From: an uncultured Acidibacter sp.
Lineage (GTDB): Bacteria > Pseudomonadota > Gammaproteobacteria > Steroidobacterales > Steroidobacteraceae
DNA: 64,000 nucleotides
Direction: 5' to 3'
NCBI GenBank assembly: GCA_964599335.1
Contig: CAZRFN010000001.1
Span: 12,186 to 76,185 of the forward strand
Both the position numbers and the translations under genes were made by a program. The notes under the pieces are model-generated. The model was not told the DNA's origin and searched no databases. It saw only the letters and a program-made list of their open reading frames with translations. Position 1 is the stretch's first letter; each line of letters begins with the position of its first letter. Positions 37,418 to 48,120 of the stretch are shown piece by piece.

Positions 37418-37891
37418 TCAACCGAGCGCTGCGATGACCTCGGGTGGCGCCTGGACGAGCTCAACGAGCACTCCCTCACCGGCAATCGGAAATTCCTCGC
37501 TCGATTTCGGGTGCAGGAAACAGATGTCATAACCCGCCGCACCTTTGCGAATTCCCCCCGGAGCGAAACGAACGCCTTGTGCCGTCAACCATTCGACGGC
37601 CTTCGGCAAGTTGTCGATCCAAAGACCGATGTGATTGAGCGGCGTCGTGTGCACCGCTGGTTTTTTCTCTGGGTCTAGCGGTTGCATCAAATCGACCTCG
37701 ACACGCATCGCCCCACGCCCCATGGCACAGATATCTTCGTCGACGTTCTCACGTTCGCTGACGAAGTTTCCGGTGACCTCGAGGCCCAGCATGTCGACCC
37801 ACAACGTACGCAGGCGCTGCTTGTCTTGGCCCCCAATCGCCACCTGCTGAATGCCGAGGACTCGGAATGGGCGTTTCGATGAATCCGACAT
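37418..37891 (-). CDS. VOC-family protein, probable methylmalonyl-CoA epimerase
   Basis: Glyoxalase-fold pattern ('LGIQQVAIG..', '[11 protein letters not shown]', 'FLHPKS'). Last gene of the pcc/mcm operon. Confidence 0.65.
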   Translation of the reverse strand: MSDSSKRPFRVLGIQQVAIGGQDKQRLRTLWVDMLGLEVTGNFVSERENVDEDICAMGRGAMRVEVDLMQPLDPEKKPAVHTTPLNHIGLWIDNLPKAVEWLTAQGVRFAPGGIRKGAAGYDICFLHPKSSEEFPIAGEGVLVELVQAPPEVIAALG

Positions 37892-37912
37892 GTCGAACGT
37901 TGCCTGCTTCGC

Positions 37913-39943
37913 TCACTGAAACTTGATAATGATCTGGTCGACCGCGAGGCTATCGCCCTTCTTGGCCAGAACCTCCGATACGACACAGTCTTGCGTGGCG
38001 AACAGGATGTTCTCCATTTTCATGGCTTCGATCGCCGCAAGACGCTCACCTGCCCGCACCGTTTGACCCGGCTGGACAGCGACGTCGACCAGCAGCCCAG
38101 GCATCGGCGAGAGCAACACCTTCGACAGATCGGGCGGTGCCTTGAACGGCATCAAGGCTTCGAGCTGCGCATGACGCGGAGTGAAGACCTTGGCGAACAA
38201 ACTCGTGCCGTTATGAGAAATGCGGTAGCCAAGACCGATGCGCTCGATCTGAGCGCAGAACGGCTTGCCATCGAAGTAGCCGTGGACCGCGATATCGCGC
38301 AGGTTGTCCTCGAACGACACCTCATGGGCGCGGCCGGCGATGCTCACATTGAACATCGAACCAACCGGATGCACGTTGACCGGAATTTCATCGCGTCCAC
38401 CCGCCTCGTCGCGCAGTACGATGATGAAGTCTTCGCGGATGCGTACTTCACGATGACGGAGTTGTCCGGTCATACGCGCTGCACGCTCACGGGTACGCCG
38501 ATGCGAAATGGCGGCAAGCGACAGCAAGAACTCTGGCTCATCGTGCGGCACGGCCGATGCCGAGAAACCTTTCGGATATTGCTCGGCGATGAATCCGGTA
38601 TTGAAATCGCCTGCGATGAAACGGGGATGCGCAAGCAGTGCGGCCTGAAATGGCACATTGCTTGAGATCCCGCGGATGACGAAACCGTTGAGCGCTTCGC
38701 GCATCTTCGCGATCGCCTCGTTACGATCGGCGCCGTAGGTAATGAGCTTGGCGATCATCGAGTCGTAGTACATCGGGATTTCGCCACCCTCGTACACCCC
38801 CGTATCGACGCGGACACCACCCTCTGCCGGAACCGGGTGCGCCGCCTCCATGTTTTGAAGGGGGGGTCGATACTTCACGAGTCGGCCGGTCGACGGCAGG
38901 AAATTACGGAAAGGATCTTCGGCGTTGATGCGGCATTCGATAGCCCAGCCCTGACGTCGAATCTCTTTTTGCGAAAAGCCGAGCTTCTCGCCCGCCGCGA
39001 CACGAATCATCTGTTCGACGAGATCGAGGCCGGTGATGCACTCCGTGACCGGGTGTTCCACCTGAAGCCGCGTATTCATTTCGAGAAAATAAAAACTGCG
39101 ATCTTTGCCGACGACGAACTCGACCGTGCCTGCACTTTGGTAATTGACCGCCTTGGCGAGCGCAACCGCCTGCTCACCCATGGCCTTACGCGTCTTGTCA
39201 TCGAGGAAGGGGCTCGGCGCCTCTTCGATCACTTTTTGGTGGCGACGCTGAATCGAGCACTCGCGCTCCCAAAGATACACGCAGTTGCCGTGACCATCGC
39301 CGAGAACCTGAATCTCGATGTGGCGCGGCTCTTCGACGAATTTTTCGATGAAGACACGATCGTCGCCGAAGCTGTTACGAGCCTCGTTACGGCAGGAGTT
39401 GAACCCTTCGAAGGCGTCTTTGTCGTTCCATGCGACGCGAAGACCCTTACCGCCGCCGCCCGCACTCGCCTTGATCATCACCGGATAACCGATGTTCTTG
39501 GCGATCTCGACAGCCTTCTCGGCCGACTCGATCGGGTTGTTCCATCCGGGAATGGTGTTGACCTTGGCTTTGGCCGCGAGTTCTTTCGAGGCGATCTTGT
39601 CGCCCATCGCAGCGATGGAGGCATGTTTCGGCCCGATGAAAATGATGCCTTCCTCTTCGACACGACGAGAGAACTCAGCGTTCTCCGACAAAAACCCGTA
39701 ACCGGGGTGCACCGCCTCGGCGCCCGTCTGCTTGCAGGCCGCGATGATGCGATCGGCAACGAGGTAAGACTCGCGCGAAGGCGCAGGTCCGATCAGCACC
39801 GACTCATCCGCGAGCTCGACATGACGTGCGTCCTTGTCGGCTTCGGAGTACACCGCTACCGTCTTGATGCCCATGCGGCGAGCCGTCTTGATGACGCGAC
39901 AGGCGATTTCGCCACGATTGGCAATGAGTATCTTCTTGAACAT
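37913..39943 (-). CDS. pccA: propionyl-CoA (acyl-CoA) carboxylase alpha subunit (biotin carboxylase plus BCCP)
   Basis: 'MFKKILIANRGEIACRVIKTARRMGIKTVAVYS', 'GGGGKGLRV', C-terminal biotinylation 'EAMKMEN'. Start placed at ATG 39943. Confidence 0.9.
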   Translation of the reverse strand: MFKKILIANRGEIACRVIKTARRMGIKTVAVYSEADKDARHVELADESVLIGPAPSRESYLVADRIIAACKQTGAEAVHPGYGFLSENAEFSRRVEEEGIIFIGPKHASIAAMGDKIASKELAAKAKVNTIPGWNNPIESAEKAVEIAKNIGYPVMIKASAGGGGKGLRVAWNDKDAFEGFNSCRNEARNSFGDDRVFIEKFVEEPRHIEIQVLGDGHGNCVYLWERECSIQRRHQKVIEEAPSPFLDDKTRKAMGEQAVALAKAVNYQSAGTVEFVVGKDRSFYFLEMNTRLQVEHPVTECITGLDLVEQMIRVAAGEKLGFSQKEIRRQGWAIECRINAEDPFRNFLPSTGRLVKYRPPLQNMEAAHPVPAEGGVRVDTGVYEGGEIPMYYDSMIAKLITYGADRNEAIAKMREALNGFVIRGISSNVPFQAALLAHPRFIAGDFNTGFIAEQYPKGFSASAVPHDEPEFLLSLAAISHRRTRERAARMTGQLRHREVRIREDFIIVLRDEAGGRDEIPVNVHPVGSMFNVSIAGRAHEVSFEDNLRDIAVHGYFDGKPFCAQIERIGLGYRISHNGTSLFAKVFTPRHAQLEALMPFKAPPDLSKVLLSPMPGLLVDVAVQPGQTVRAGERLAAIEAMKMENILFATQDCVVSEVLAKKGDSLAVDQIIIKFQ

Positions 39944-39963
39944 TTTTGACTCCCTGCGCGCGA

Positions 39964-41496
39964 TCAAAGCGGAATGTTGCCGTGCTTGCGCCACGGTTCT
40001 TCTATTTTTTTGTCTCGCAACACCGTAAGCGCTCGGCAGACGCGTCGCCGCGTGCCGTGCGGCATGATCACGTCGTCGATGTAACCGCGGGCGCCAGCGA
40101 TGAACGGGTTCGCAAACTTTTCGCGATACTCGGCTTCGCGCGCCGCGAGCTTCGCCGGATCGGACTTCTCCTCACGGAAAATGATCTCGACGGCACCCTT
40201 TGCACCCATCACGGCGATTTCTGCATTCGGCCAAGCGAAGTTGATGTCGCCGCGTAGATGCTTCGAGGCCATGACGTCGTAAGCACCACCATAAGCCTTA
40301 CGGGTGATCACGGTTACCTTAGGCACCGTGCACTCGGCATAGGCGTAGAGCAGCTTTGCGCCGTGCTTGATGATGCCGCCATATTCCTGCGCTGTGCCGG
40401 GCATGAAGCCCGGTACATCGACGAACGTGACGACCGCGATATTGAAGGCATCGCAGAAACGCACGAATCGAGCAGCCTTGATGCTGCTCTTGATATCGAG
40501 ACAGCCAGCGAGTACGAGCGGTTGGTTGGCTACGATACCGACCACCTGGCCATCCATACGACCGAAGCCGATGATGATGTTCTTTGCATACTCGGGTTGC
40601 AGCTCGAAGAACTCGCCGTCGTCGACCACCTTGGTGATCAACTCTTTCATGTCATAAGGCTTGTTCGGGTTATCGGGTACCAGCGTGTCGAGCGAATAGT
40701 CGTCGCGATCCGGCGGGTCGAAGGCTTCACGCATCGGCGGCTTTTCGCGATTGTTGGCCGGCAGATAATTGAAGAAGCGCCGCAACATCAAGATGGCCTC
40801 GACATCGTTGTCGAACGCGAGGTCCGCGACGCCACTGCGCGTCGTATGAGTGATCGCGCCACCAAGGTCTTCGGCGGTCACCTCTTCATGCGTGACGGTC
40901 TTCACGACGTCGGGGCCGGTGACGAACATATAAGAGCTGTCCTTCACCATGAAGATGAAGTCGGTGAGTGCAGGGCTGTAAACCGCGCCACCCGCCGAGG
41001 GGCCCATGATCAGACTGATCTGCGGCACTACGCCCGATGCGGTGACGTTGCGTTGGAAGACTTCGGCATAACCGCCCAGTGAAGCGACACCCTCCTGAAT
41101 GCGGGCGCCGCCAGAGTCGTTGATGCCGATCACGGGCGCGCCGACTTTCATGGCGGTATCGAGCACTTTGCAAATCTTCTGGGCGTGCGCTTCGGAAAGC
41201 GAACCGCCGAAAACCGTGAAGTCCTGACTGAACACGAACACGAGGCGACCGTTGATGAAGCCGCAGCCCGTGACGACACCGTCACCCGGAATTTTTTGAT
41301 CCTGCATGCCGAAATCGGCGCAGCGATGTTCGACGAACATATCCCACTCTTCGAATGTGCCGTCGTCGAGCAGTAGCTCGACGCGCTCCCTCGCGGTGAG
41401 CTTGCCTTTGGCATGCTGTGCGGCGACGCGCTTCGGTCCGCCGCCCTGCCGGGCCTGGGCGCGCTTCTGTTCGAGCAGGTGAATGATGTCGTGCAT
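39964..41496 (-). CDS. pccB: propionyl-CoA carboxylase beta subunit (carboxyltransferase)
   Basis: 510 aa. '[19 protein letters not shown]', 'GGARIQEGV', '[16 protein letters not shown]', 'AYGGAYDVM'. Confidence 0.95.
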   Translation of the reverse strand: MHDIIHLLEQKRAQARQGGGPKRVAAQHAKGKLTARERVELLLDDGTFEEWDMFVEHRCADFGMQDQKIPGDGVVTGCGFINGRLVFVFSQDFTVFGGSLSEAHAQKICKVLDTAMKVGAPVIGINDSGGARIQEGVASLGGYAEVFQRNVTASGVVPQISLIMGPSAGGAVYSPALTDFIFMVKDSSYMFVTGPDVVKTVTHEEVTAEDLGGAITHTTRSGVADLAFDNDVEAILMLRRFFNYLPANNREKPPMREAFDPPDRDDYSLDTLVPDNPNKPYDMKELITKVVDDGEFFELQPEYAKNIIIGFGRMDGQVVGIVANQPLVLAGCLDIKSSIKAARFVRFCDAFNIAVVTFVDVPGFMPGTAQEYGGIIKHGAKLLYAYAECTVPKVTVITRKAYGGAYDVMASKHLRGDINFAWPNAEIAVMGAKGAVEIIFREEKSDPAKLAAREAEYREKFANPFIAGARGYIDDVIMPHGTRRRVCRALTVLRDKKIEEPWRKHGNIPL

Positions 41497-41526
41497 GGGC
41501 TATCCCTGTGTTGAATTCTTGTGGTG

Positions 41527-42531
41527 TCAGTGTGCTTCGAAAAGGTCGAGAAGTCTGCGTGCGGCCGATGACGGCGCGACCCTCGCGTGGGTCACATCAT
41601 CGATGGTCTTCGGCAATGCCGCGCGGACGGCTCCGCTATCGCGGAAATCGGCGACGAGCCGTGCATGGACTTCGTCCCACATCCAGGTGAGGGCTTGCTG
41701 GCGACGGCGTTCGGCGAACTCGCCGCTGCGGTCGCGCATACTTCGAAAATCGCTGACGTTCGACCAGAAGGCCTCGAGCCCTTCGCCCTTGAGTGCGCTG
41801 CCACGCATCACGCGAACGTGCCAGCGCATTTCGTCGTGTGAGCCCGGCGCGCCCGTGAATCGCAGCACTCGGAGCGCGGAAGTGATCTGAGCCTCGGCGC
41901 GGGTTGCCGCATCGGGATCAAGATCTGCTTTGTTGATCACGATGAGATCGGCGAGCTCCATGATGCCCTTCTTCATCGCTTGCAGATCGTCACCTGCGTT
42001 CGGTAGCTGCAGCAGGACGAACATATCCGTCATGCCGGCGACCGTGGTTTCGGATTGCCCGACACCCACCGTCTCGACGATCACGACGTCGTATCCCGCC
42101 GCTTCACAGACGAGAACAGCCTCGCGGGTTTTTTCTGCGACGCCACCAAGCGTGCCTGACGAGGGGCTCGGCCGAATGTAGGCGTTCTGTTGAACCGACA
42201 GCCTCTCCATGCGGGTCTTGTCGCCGAGGATGGATCCTCCGGATACACCGGAGGACGGATCGACTGCGAGGACGGCTACCTTGTGTCCGCGCGTCAGAAG
42301 AAACATGCCGAGCGCCTCGATGAACGTCGACTTGCCAACCCCAGGCACACCCGAGATGCCGAGTCTCAGCGCCTTACCCGAATGGGGCAACAACGCATCG
42401 AGAACGGCATCGGCACGACGGCGATGATCGGATCTCGTCGACTCGAGCAGCGTGATCGCTTTGGCGAGCGCGCGGCGATCGCCACTGCGAACACCGTCGA
42501 TCAATCGAATGTCGTCTTGATCAAGCCCCAT
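41527..42531 (-). CDS. meaB: methylmalonyl-CoA mutase-associated GTPase MeaB
   Basis: '[13 protein letters not shown]', '[15 protein letters not shown]', '[10 protein letters not shown]', 'INKADL'. Start placed at ATG 42531, an 11-nt overlap with the mutase. Confidence 0.9.
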   Translation of the reverse strand: MGLDQDDIRLIDGVRSGDRRALAKAITLLESTRSDHRRRADAVLDALLPHSGKALRLGISGVPGVGKSTFIEALGMFLLTRGHKVAVLAVDPSSGVSGGSILGDKTRMERLSVQQNAYIRPSPSSGTLGGVAEKTREAVLVCEAAGYDVVIVETVGVGQSETTVAGMTDMFVLLQLPNAGDDLQAMKKGIMELADLIVINKADLDPDAATRAEAQITSALRVLRFTGAPGSHDEMRWHVRVMRGSALKGEGLEAFWSNVSDFRSMRDRSGEFAERRRQQALTWMWDEVHARLVADFRDSGAVRAALPKTIDDVTHARVAPSSAARRLLDLFEAH

Positions 42532-44680
42532 TACTGGCGCGCTTGATATGGTTGAGCACGTCACGTGCACTCTCGGGGATCGGCGTGCCGGGACCATAGA
42601 TGCCCTTCACGCCAGCCTCGCGCAGGAACGCATAGTCCTGCTGCGGAACGACACCGCCCACGAATACGATGATCTCGGGCGAACCTTGTTCTCGTAGAGC
42701 GCGAATGATCTCCGGCACCAGCGTTTTGTGTCCCGCAGCAAGCGTGCTCACACCCACCGCATGCACGTCGTTTTCGATGGCCTGACGCGCACACTCTTCC
42801 GGCGTCTGAAACAAAGGCCCAACGTCGACATCGAAGCCGAGATCGGCGAACGCGCTCGCCACGACTTTCGCTCCACGGTCGTGTCCGTCTTGTCCCAGCT
42901 TGGCGATCATCACGCGCGGGCGCCGACCGTGGCTCTCGGCGAAGGCAGCGATATCAGCTTGCAACTTGGTCCAATCCTCGCGCGATTCATAGGCTCCTGC
43001 GTACACGCCACTGACCTCCTGAGAATTGGCCCGATGCCGACCCCAAGCCTGCTCGAGCGCATCGCTCACCTCGCCAACCGTCGCTCGAAGGCGCATCGCC
43101 TCGATCGCGAGCGCGAGCAGATTGCCTTGACCTGACTTCGCTGCCGCAGTAAGCGCAGCGAGCGACGCGGATACTTTTTTTCCATCGCGCGACGTGCGCA
43201 CTTTCTGGAGTCGAGCGATCTGGTTATCTCGCACGGCGACGTTGTCGACCTCGAGAATCTCGACCGGGTCTTCTTTGTCGAGCCGGAATTTATTGACGCC
43301 GATGATGACGTCACGCCCGGAATCGATGCGCGCCTGCTTCTCGGCAGCACTCGCTTCGATACGCAACTTTGCCCAGCCACTTTCGACGGCGCGGGTCATG
43401 CCGCCGAGAGCGTCCACTTCTTCGATGATCGACCACGCCTTATCGGCCATTTCTTGGGTGAGCCGCTCCATCATGTAGCTACCGGCCCACGGATCGACCA
43501 CTCGGGTGATCTGCGATTCTTCCTGCAAGATGAGTTGGGTATTACGCGCAATTCGCGCGCTGAACTCAGTCGGAAGCGCAATCGCCTCATCGAAAGAGTT
43601 GGTATGCAGACTCTGCGTTCCGCCGAAGACCGCCGCCATTGCCTCGATGGTGGTTCGCACGATGTTGTTGTAGGGATCCTGCTCCGTGAGACTCCAGCCC
43701 GAAGTCTGGCAATGCGTACGCAACATCAAGCTCTTCGGATTCTTTGCGCCGAAGCCGCTCATGATGCGCCACCACAGCAAACGAGCGGCTCTCATCTTGG
43801 CGATTTCGAGATAGAAGTTCATGCCGATCGCCCAGAAGAAGCTGAGGCGGCCCGCGAATTCATCGACGTCGAGTCCTTTGGCGAGCGCAGTCTTCACATA
43901 TTCTTTGCCGTCGGCCAGCGTGAAGGCGAGCTCGAGCGCCTGATTCGCGCCGGCTTCCTGCATGTGATAACCCGAGATCGAAATCGAGTTGAACTTCGGC
44001 ATGTTACGGGCCGTGTACTCGATGATGTCACCGACGATGCGCATCGACGGTTCGGGTGGGTAGATATACGTGTTGCGGACCATGAACTCCTTGAGGATGT
44101 CGTTCTGTATGGTCCCGGAGAGTTGATCGGGTTTGACGCCCTGCTCTTCTGCGGCAATCACATAGGCCGCGAGCACCGGAAGCACTGCGCCGTTCATCGT
44201 CATCGATACCGAGACTTTGTCGAGCGGAATACCATCGAACAAAATCTTCATGTCCTCGACGGAATCGATCGCAACGCCGGCCTTGCCGACGTCTCCCGTC
44301 ACACGAGGATGGTCGCTGTCGTAACCGCGATGCGTCGCGAGATCGAAGGCTACCGACACGCCCTGGCCACCGGCAGCGAGTGACTTTCGGTAGAAAGCGT
44401 TCGATGCTTCCGCCGTCGAGAACCCGGCGTACTGACGAATGGTCCACGGACGCACGGCGTACATGGTGGGCTGCGGACCGCGCAAGAACGGGGCAAACCC
44501 CGGCAAGGTGTCGGCATGTGCCAGTCCTTCGAGATCGGCCGCGGTGTACAGCGGCTTGACCTCGAGACCCTCGGGGGTTTTCCAGACCAACTTAGAGAGA
44601 TCGCCACCGGGGGCCGCCTTAGCGGCCGCTTTCTCCCATGCCGGGAGGGCTCCGGAGTCGAGGATGTCGTCTTTGGCCAT
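42521..44680 (-). CDS. methylmalonyl-CoA mutase (single-chain, catalytic plus B12-binding domains)
   Basis: 719 aa. '[15 protein letters not shown]', '[17 protein letters not shown]', '[17 protein letters not shown]'. C-terminal '[13 protein letters not shown]' (DxHxxG). Confidence 0.95.
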   Translation of the reverse strand: MAKDDILDSGALPAWEKAAAKAAPGGDLSKLVWKTPEGLEVKPLYTAADLEGLAHADTLPGFAPFLRGPQPTMYAVRPWTIRQYAGFSTAEASNAFYRKSLAAGGQGVSVAFDLATHRGYDSDHPRVTGDVGKAGVAIDSVEDMKILFDGIPLDKVSVSMTMNGAVLPVLAAYVIAAEEQGVKPDQLSGTIQNDILKEFMVRNTYIYPPEPSMRIVGDIIEYTARNMPKFNSISISGYHMQEAGANQALELAFTLADGKEYVKTALAKGLDVDEFAGRLSFFWAIGMNFYLEIAKMRAARLLWWRIMSGFGAKNPKSLMLRTHCQTSGWSLTEQDPYNNIVRTTIEAMAAVFGGTQSLHTNSFDEAIALPTEFSARIARNTQLILQEESQITRVVDPWAGSYMMERLTQEMADKAWSIIEEVDALGGMTRAVESGWAKLRIEASAAEKQARIDSGRDVIIGVNKFRLDKEDPVEILEVDNVAVRDNQIARLQKVRTSRDGKKVSASLAALTAAAKSGQGNLLALAIEAMRLRATVGEVSDALEQAWGRHRANSQEVSGVYAGAYESREDWTKLQADIAAFAESHGRRPRVMIAKLGQDGHDRGAKVVASAFADLGFDVDVGPLFQTPEECARQAIENDVHAVGVSTLAAGHKTLVPEIIRALREQGSPEIIVFVGGVVPQQDYAFLREAGVKGIYGPGTPIPESARDVLNHIKRASNGA

Positions 44681-44763
44681 GAGCGCGAGCTATCCCTGCC
44701 AAAAACGTCAGTCTAGCAAGGGGTTACTCCTCGGGGGAAAGACTCCGGAAAACGACCGCGGAG

Positions 44764-44780
44764 GGGGCTGCCACAGCCCC
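44764..44780 (-). terminator. hairpin downstream of the lipocalin-rhodanese gene
   Basis: GGGGCTG-CCA-CAGCCCC, a 7-bp GC stem 34 nt after the stop. Only a weak T-run (GTTTTCC) on the minus strand. Confidence 0.4.
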
Positions 44781-44813
44781 GAATTTGCCCCCGCTCAGCT
44801 CGCCCAGCTCAGC

Positions 44814-45767
44814 TCAGGGTGCAGGGGTCGAGCTGACCAAAGCCTTCCAGGCGGGGTAGTCCCCTTCGAGGTGCTTCAGGTTGGTATAGCCCGCAGAACG
44901 AAGAGCCTCGATGGCGGCCGAGGCACGGCGGCCGGTGCCGCAATAGAGCACGATTTCTGCGTCTTTTGCCGCTGGCACGGCCGTGGCGGGACTCGCCATG
45001 ACGACAGTATGGGTCACATTGAGAGCCCCCTCGACATGCCCGGCGGCGAACTCATCGGCCCGACGAACATCGAGGACGACCGGGCGGCTCGCGCCTTGAG
45101 CAAGTCTCGCCTGCAGTTCCGTCGGCTTGACCGCCGGCACGGAGGCGAGGATTTCGGCTGTGCGCTCGGGCGTCGGCATCGCCGGCGCGGCCGCAGCGGG
45201 GGCAGCGGCGGCGGGCTTCGCCTGTTGCGGCACCTTCACGAGCTTGCTCACGTCGTAGCCCATGTCCGCCACCTTTTTCACGAGTTCTGCGTATCGGGCA
45301 TCGTCCATTGTCGGCGTGCGGGCCATGATCCAGACGTAGTCGCGTGCACTACGGGCAATGATGGTCTCGGTGTAGTCGGCATCGACGTGGGAAATGACGT
45401 ACTCCGCCTTGATCGGCCACACGAACTGCATGCCCCAGATCGCGTTGTTGGTGCCTGGGATCACGAACCCCTTGGGCTCCATCTGCTTGGCGGGCCCATC
45501 GAATGCACCCTTGTTGAAGGTGAAGGTCGTCTTGATCGTGCCATCGGGCGCGAGTTCATAGGACTCGATCGCGTTGTAGATATCTTTCTCGATGAAGGTG
45601 GGAATCACCCCAATGACGTACCAAGGACCCATGAAGCGAGGAAGATCGACTGAGGCCACAACCGGTACGGTCACTTTTTGGGGCGAGACGCCGCAGGCAG
45701 AGATCAGTGCCGTGAAGAAGGTCACGGCAAGAATTCTTGTCGGACGATTGAAAGTGCGATGGGTCAT
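44814..45767 (-). CDS. lipoprotein: bacterial lipocalin (Blc-like) domain fused to a rhodanese domain
   Basis: Lipobox 'LISAC'. 'DLPRFMGPWYVIG', 'DYTETIIARSARDYVWIMARTP' (lipocalin). Pro/Ala linker 'QQAKPAAAAPAAAAPAMPTP'. 'VLDVRRADEFAAGHVEGALNV..VLYCGTGRRAS' (rhodanese active-site Cys loop). Confidence 0.8.
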   Translation of the reverse strand: MTHRTFNRPTRILAVTFFTALISACGVSPQKVTVPVVASVDLPRFMGPWYVIGVIPTFIEKDIYNAIESYELAPDGTIKTTFTFNKGAFDGPAKQMEPKGFVIPGTNNAIWGMQFVWPIKAEYVISHVDADYTETIIARSARDYVWIMARTPTMDDARYAELVKKVADMGYDVSKLVKVPQQAKPAAAAPAAAAPAMPTPERTAEILASVPAVKPTELQARLAQGASRPVVLDVRRADEFAAGHVEGALNVTHTVVMASPATAVPAAKDAEIVLYCGTGRRASAAIEALRSAGYTNLKHLEGDYPAWKALVSSTPAP

Positions 45768-45796
45768 GGTCGGTCTCCTGATTCTTTGGCTCGATA

Positions 45797-46807
45797 TTAT
45801 TCTGCGATAAACCAGCGGCCGTCGACGCGTTCAAGTACGTATCGATCATAGGGCAGCCCCTGCCCTTCGACGTCGTAGACCGCACGACTACCGCCTTCCT
45901 CGAAAACGGGGGCCGTCCGGCGAACGATACGCAATGCAGCGATCAATAGTTCGCGCGTGGCGATACTACGATTGCATGCCGCGACCAGAGCATCGAGAGT
46001 TCGACCCGACAACGTACGGCGTAGTTCCGGACTGAGGAAATCGCGGTAGTACCGGTCGCATCGACCCTCCACCAATGTTTTCTCCGCTTGATCGAGCAAG
46101 GCGAGAATCTCGGGTGTGTTGCGCGCCGGTGTCGAAGGCGCGGACGCCGGAGCCGTCGAGCCCGTACTACCTGAGCTGGTTCTGCTCACGCTACCGCTCG
46201 AACTCGCTCCGCCGCTCGAGCCCGCTCCACCTGCTGCTGCGCTCGAAGCGGACGGTCGCAATCTTCCGGCGACGAGATCGTCGATTTGCGCCTCGACCTC
46301 GAGTGGAATCGCGGCTTTCCATTCTTTGCCGTAAGGTACGAGCGTCACCAGTTCGACCACCTCGACACGTCCACGATCAGGCGGCTGTCGGCCTTTCAAG
46401 ACGACATGTACGAACTTGCCATCGCGCGCTGCAGTGAGTCCATCGAGCTTGTCGTAGGTTCGCGCACGAAGAGTCAGTCGGCGGGCAATGGTTCGAAAAA
46501 GATTGACGCTCGTCAGGCGTTCGATATCACCGATCGGCGTGGCATCACCGAAAAGTCGCGTGCGGATCGTGGACTCTCCGCGAGCGGCTTCATCTCTCAA
46601 GCGCTGCACGACCATGACACGAAGTCGATCGAGCTCGGACGGATGAATCGCGAACGCGACCGCCTGCGCATCACCCGAAGCGATTGCCGCGAGCAACTCG
46701 GCCGCAGCACGCTCTTGCGATCCGGTGACCGACTCGGCCGAAGCTCCCCCCGCGGCACCGAAGAACAAGACGAGCGCGAACGCGCCTTTTATTGCCAGTG
46801 ATCTCAT
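45797..46807 (-). CDS. hypothetical secreted two-domain protein with Ser/Gly-rich linker
   Basis: Signal peptide 'AFALVLFFGAAGGASAES'. Linker 'SASSAAAGGAGSSGGASSSGSVSRTSSGSTGSTAPASAPSTP'. ATGA overlap with the upstream transporter gene. Confidence 0.6.
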   Translation of the reverse strand: MRSLAIKGAFALVLFFGAAGGASAESVTGSQERAAAELLAAIASGDAQAVAFAIHPSELDRLRVMVVQRLRDEAARGESTIRTRLFGDATPIGDIERLTSVNLFRTIARRLTLRARTYDKLDGLTAARDGKFVHVVLKGRQPPDRGRVEVVELVTLVPYGKEWKAAIPLEVEAQIDDLVAGRLRPSASSAAAGGAGSSGGASSSGSVSRTSSGSTGSTAPASAPSTPARNTPEILALLDQAEKTLVEGRCDRYYRDFLSPELRRTLSGRTLDALVAACNRSIATRELLIAALRIVRRTAPVFEEGGSRAVYDVEGQGLPYDRYVLERVDGRWFIAE

Positions 46808-48120
46808 TGCGACGACTGTTGTTTCGGTTCTTGTTGATCATCGAGCGCTGCCGCTCGATCGTGTCGGCGACCGAGCCACCAACCGTTGACCGCCCAGCCC
46901 GTTGCCAGGGCAGCACCGACGAACGCGGCTCCAGCTGGCGATGCTCCGACTGCATCGAGCGCCGTCTTGGCCTGTGCACCGACATAATCCGCAGCCCGGT
47001 AGACCGGAACGTCGATGAAACTCTTCGCCTTGTATTTCGACTCTTTGTCCATGGCGCCCCAAAGCATCTCTCGTCCGGGACGAACGAACGCGTATTCACC
47101 CCAGCGTCGCAGGATGAGCAATGCCGCAACCATACCGAACACATTCAGCATCGATAGCAGCATGAACCCGCCGATCATCAATACGGGAACGAACGTGAGT
47201 AACGTTCTGACACCGAGTTTTGAAGCGATACGGCCTGTGAGAAACACCTGAGAGAGGATGGTCAGTGCTTGTACGATGAAGTCGATGTTGGCGAATACCT
47301 CGGTGCGGCGCGTGGTATCCGAAAACGTCTCGCTGACGATACGGAGTTGCTCGAAATAAACGAACGTGTTCACGGCAGAGAGAAACACGACGAATAACGC
47401 GATTCCGAGCAGATATGGCGAGCGCAGCACAATGAAAATTCCGGCGAAGGGGTTGCCGCCGAGACCTTCATCGTCACGCCCCGCATCGCTATTGAGTGGC
47501 GCTCCGGACGGAGGCTGCCGATTCCATATCTTGATGAGAATGCGCTGACAAAAAATGGCGCCCAAAAATCCGACCGTACCGAGATACAGCACACCAGAAT
47601 TTCCGATGATGTCGACCGTGAGCCGCGCTGTGAGTGGCCCCACCAATGCGCCGAGCGTCCCGCCGGCAGCGATGAAACCGAAGAGCCGCCTCGCCTGCTC
47701 GCTGTCGAACATCTCGAGCAGAAAACTCCAGAAAACGGAGACGAGCATCAGATTGATGACGCTGACCCAGACGTAAAAAAACGTGCCGACCCGCAGGTTG
47801 CTTTCGTCGACCTGGATGGATGAGCCGATGATGGCGAGGATGACGGCAACCGAGCCGTAGAGCAGCGGAAGCAAGAGGCTGCGACGCATTCGGGCGACGA
47901 GCCAGCCCCAAAGCGGCACGATAGCGATCGAGAACAGCGCCGTGTAGAGCCAAAGATCAGCCACGCGCTCACGACCCAGCAGTGTCGCCACGGTTTCACG
48001 CACCGGTCGCACGGCGAAGTAACTGCCAAGCACAAAGAAAAACAGGCAGAACGCCGCGAATACTGCGGCGGTCTCACGGGGCTCGACTCGTACAAGGCGC
48101 GCGAGATGGCGTTGCATCAT
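46804..48120 (-). CDS. MFS-type / ATP:ADP antiporter (TLC, Npt-like) family transporter
   Basis: 438 aa, about 12 TM. N-terminal 'VEPRETAAVFAAFCLFFFVLGSYFAVRPVRETV' resembles the TLC-family N-terminus. The family call is tentative. Confidence 0.6.
   Translation of the reverse strand: MMQRHLARLVRVEPRETAAVFAAFCLFFFVLGSYFAVRPVRETVATLLGRERVADLWLYTALFSIAIVPLWGWLVARMRRSLLLPLLYGSVAVILAIIGSSIQVDESNLRVGTFFYVWVSVINLMLVSVFWSFLLEMFDSEQARRLFGFIAAGGTLGALVGPLTARLTVDIIGNSGVLYLGTVGFLGAIFCQRILIKIWNRQPPSGAPLNSDAGRDDEGLGGNPFAGIFIVLRSPYLLGIALFVVFLSAVNTFVYFEQLRIVSETFSDTTRRTEVFANIDFIVQALTILSQVFLTGRIASKLGVRTLLTFVPVLMIGGFMLLSMLNVFGMVAALLILRRWGEYAFVRPGREMLWGAMDKESKYKAKSFIDVPVYRAADYVGAQAKTALDAVGASPAGAAFVGAALATGWAVNGWWLGRRHDRAAALDDQQEPKQQSSQ

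Noticed and set aside
38837-39949. 370-aa plus-strand ORF antisense to pccA. Many similar long shadow ORFs occur, for example 44439-45653, 43454-44383, 40258-41082, 27408-28328, 30495-31454, 31572-32477, 55915-56829, 60145-60984, 63008-63856, 14290-15180, 13460-14320, 20112-20933, 36245-36994, 21208-21936, 28704-29384, 62162-62845, 50098-50841, 50960-51700 and 6667-7248.
   Set aside because: Each lies opposite to, or out of frame with, a gene that has unmistakable family motifs. Their translations are Arg/Ala/Gly/Pro-rich low-complexity sequence, typical of stop-codon-poor frames in GC-rich DNA. No motifs are present.
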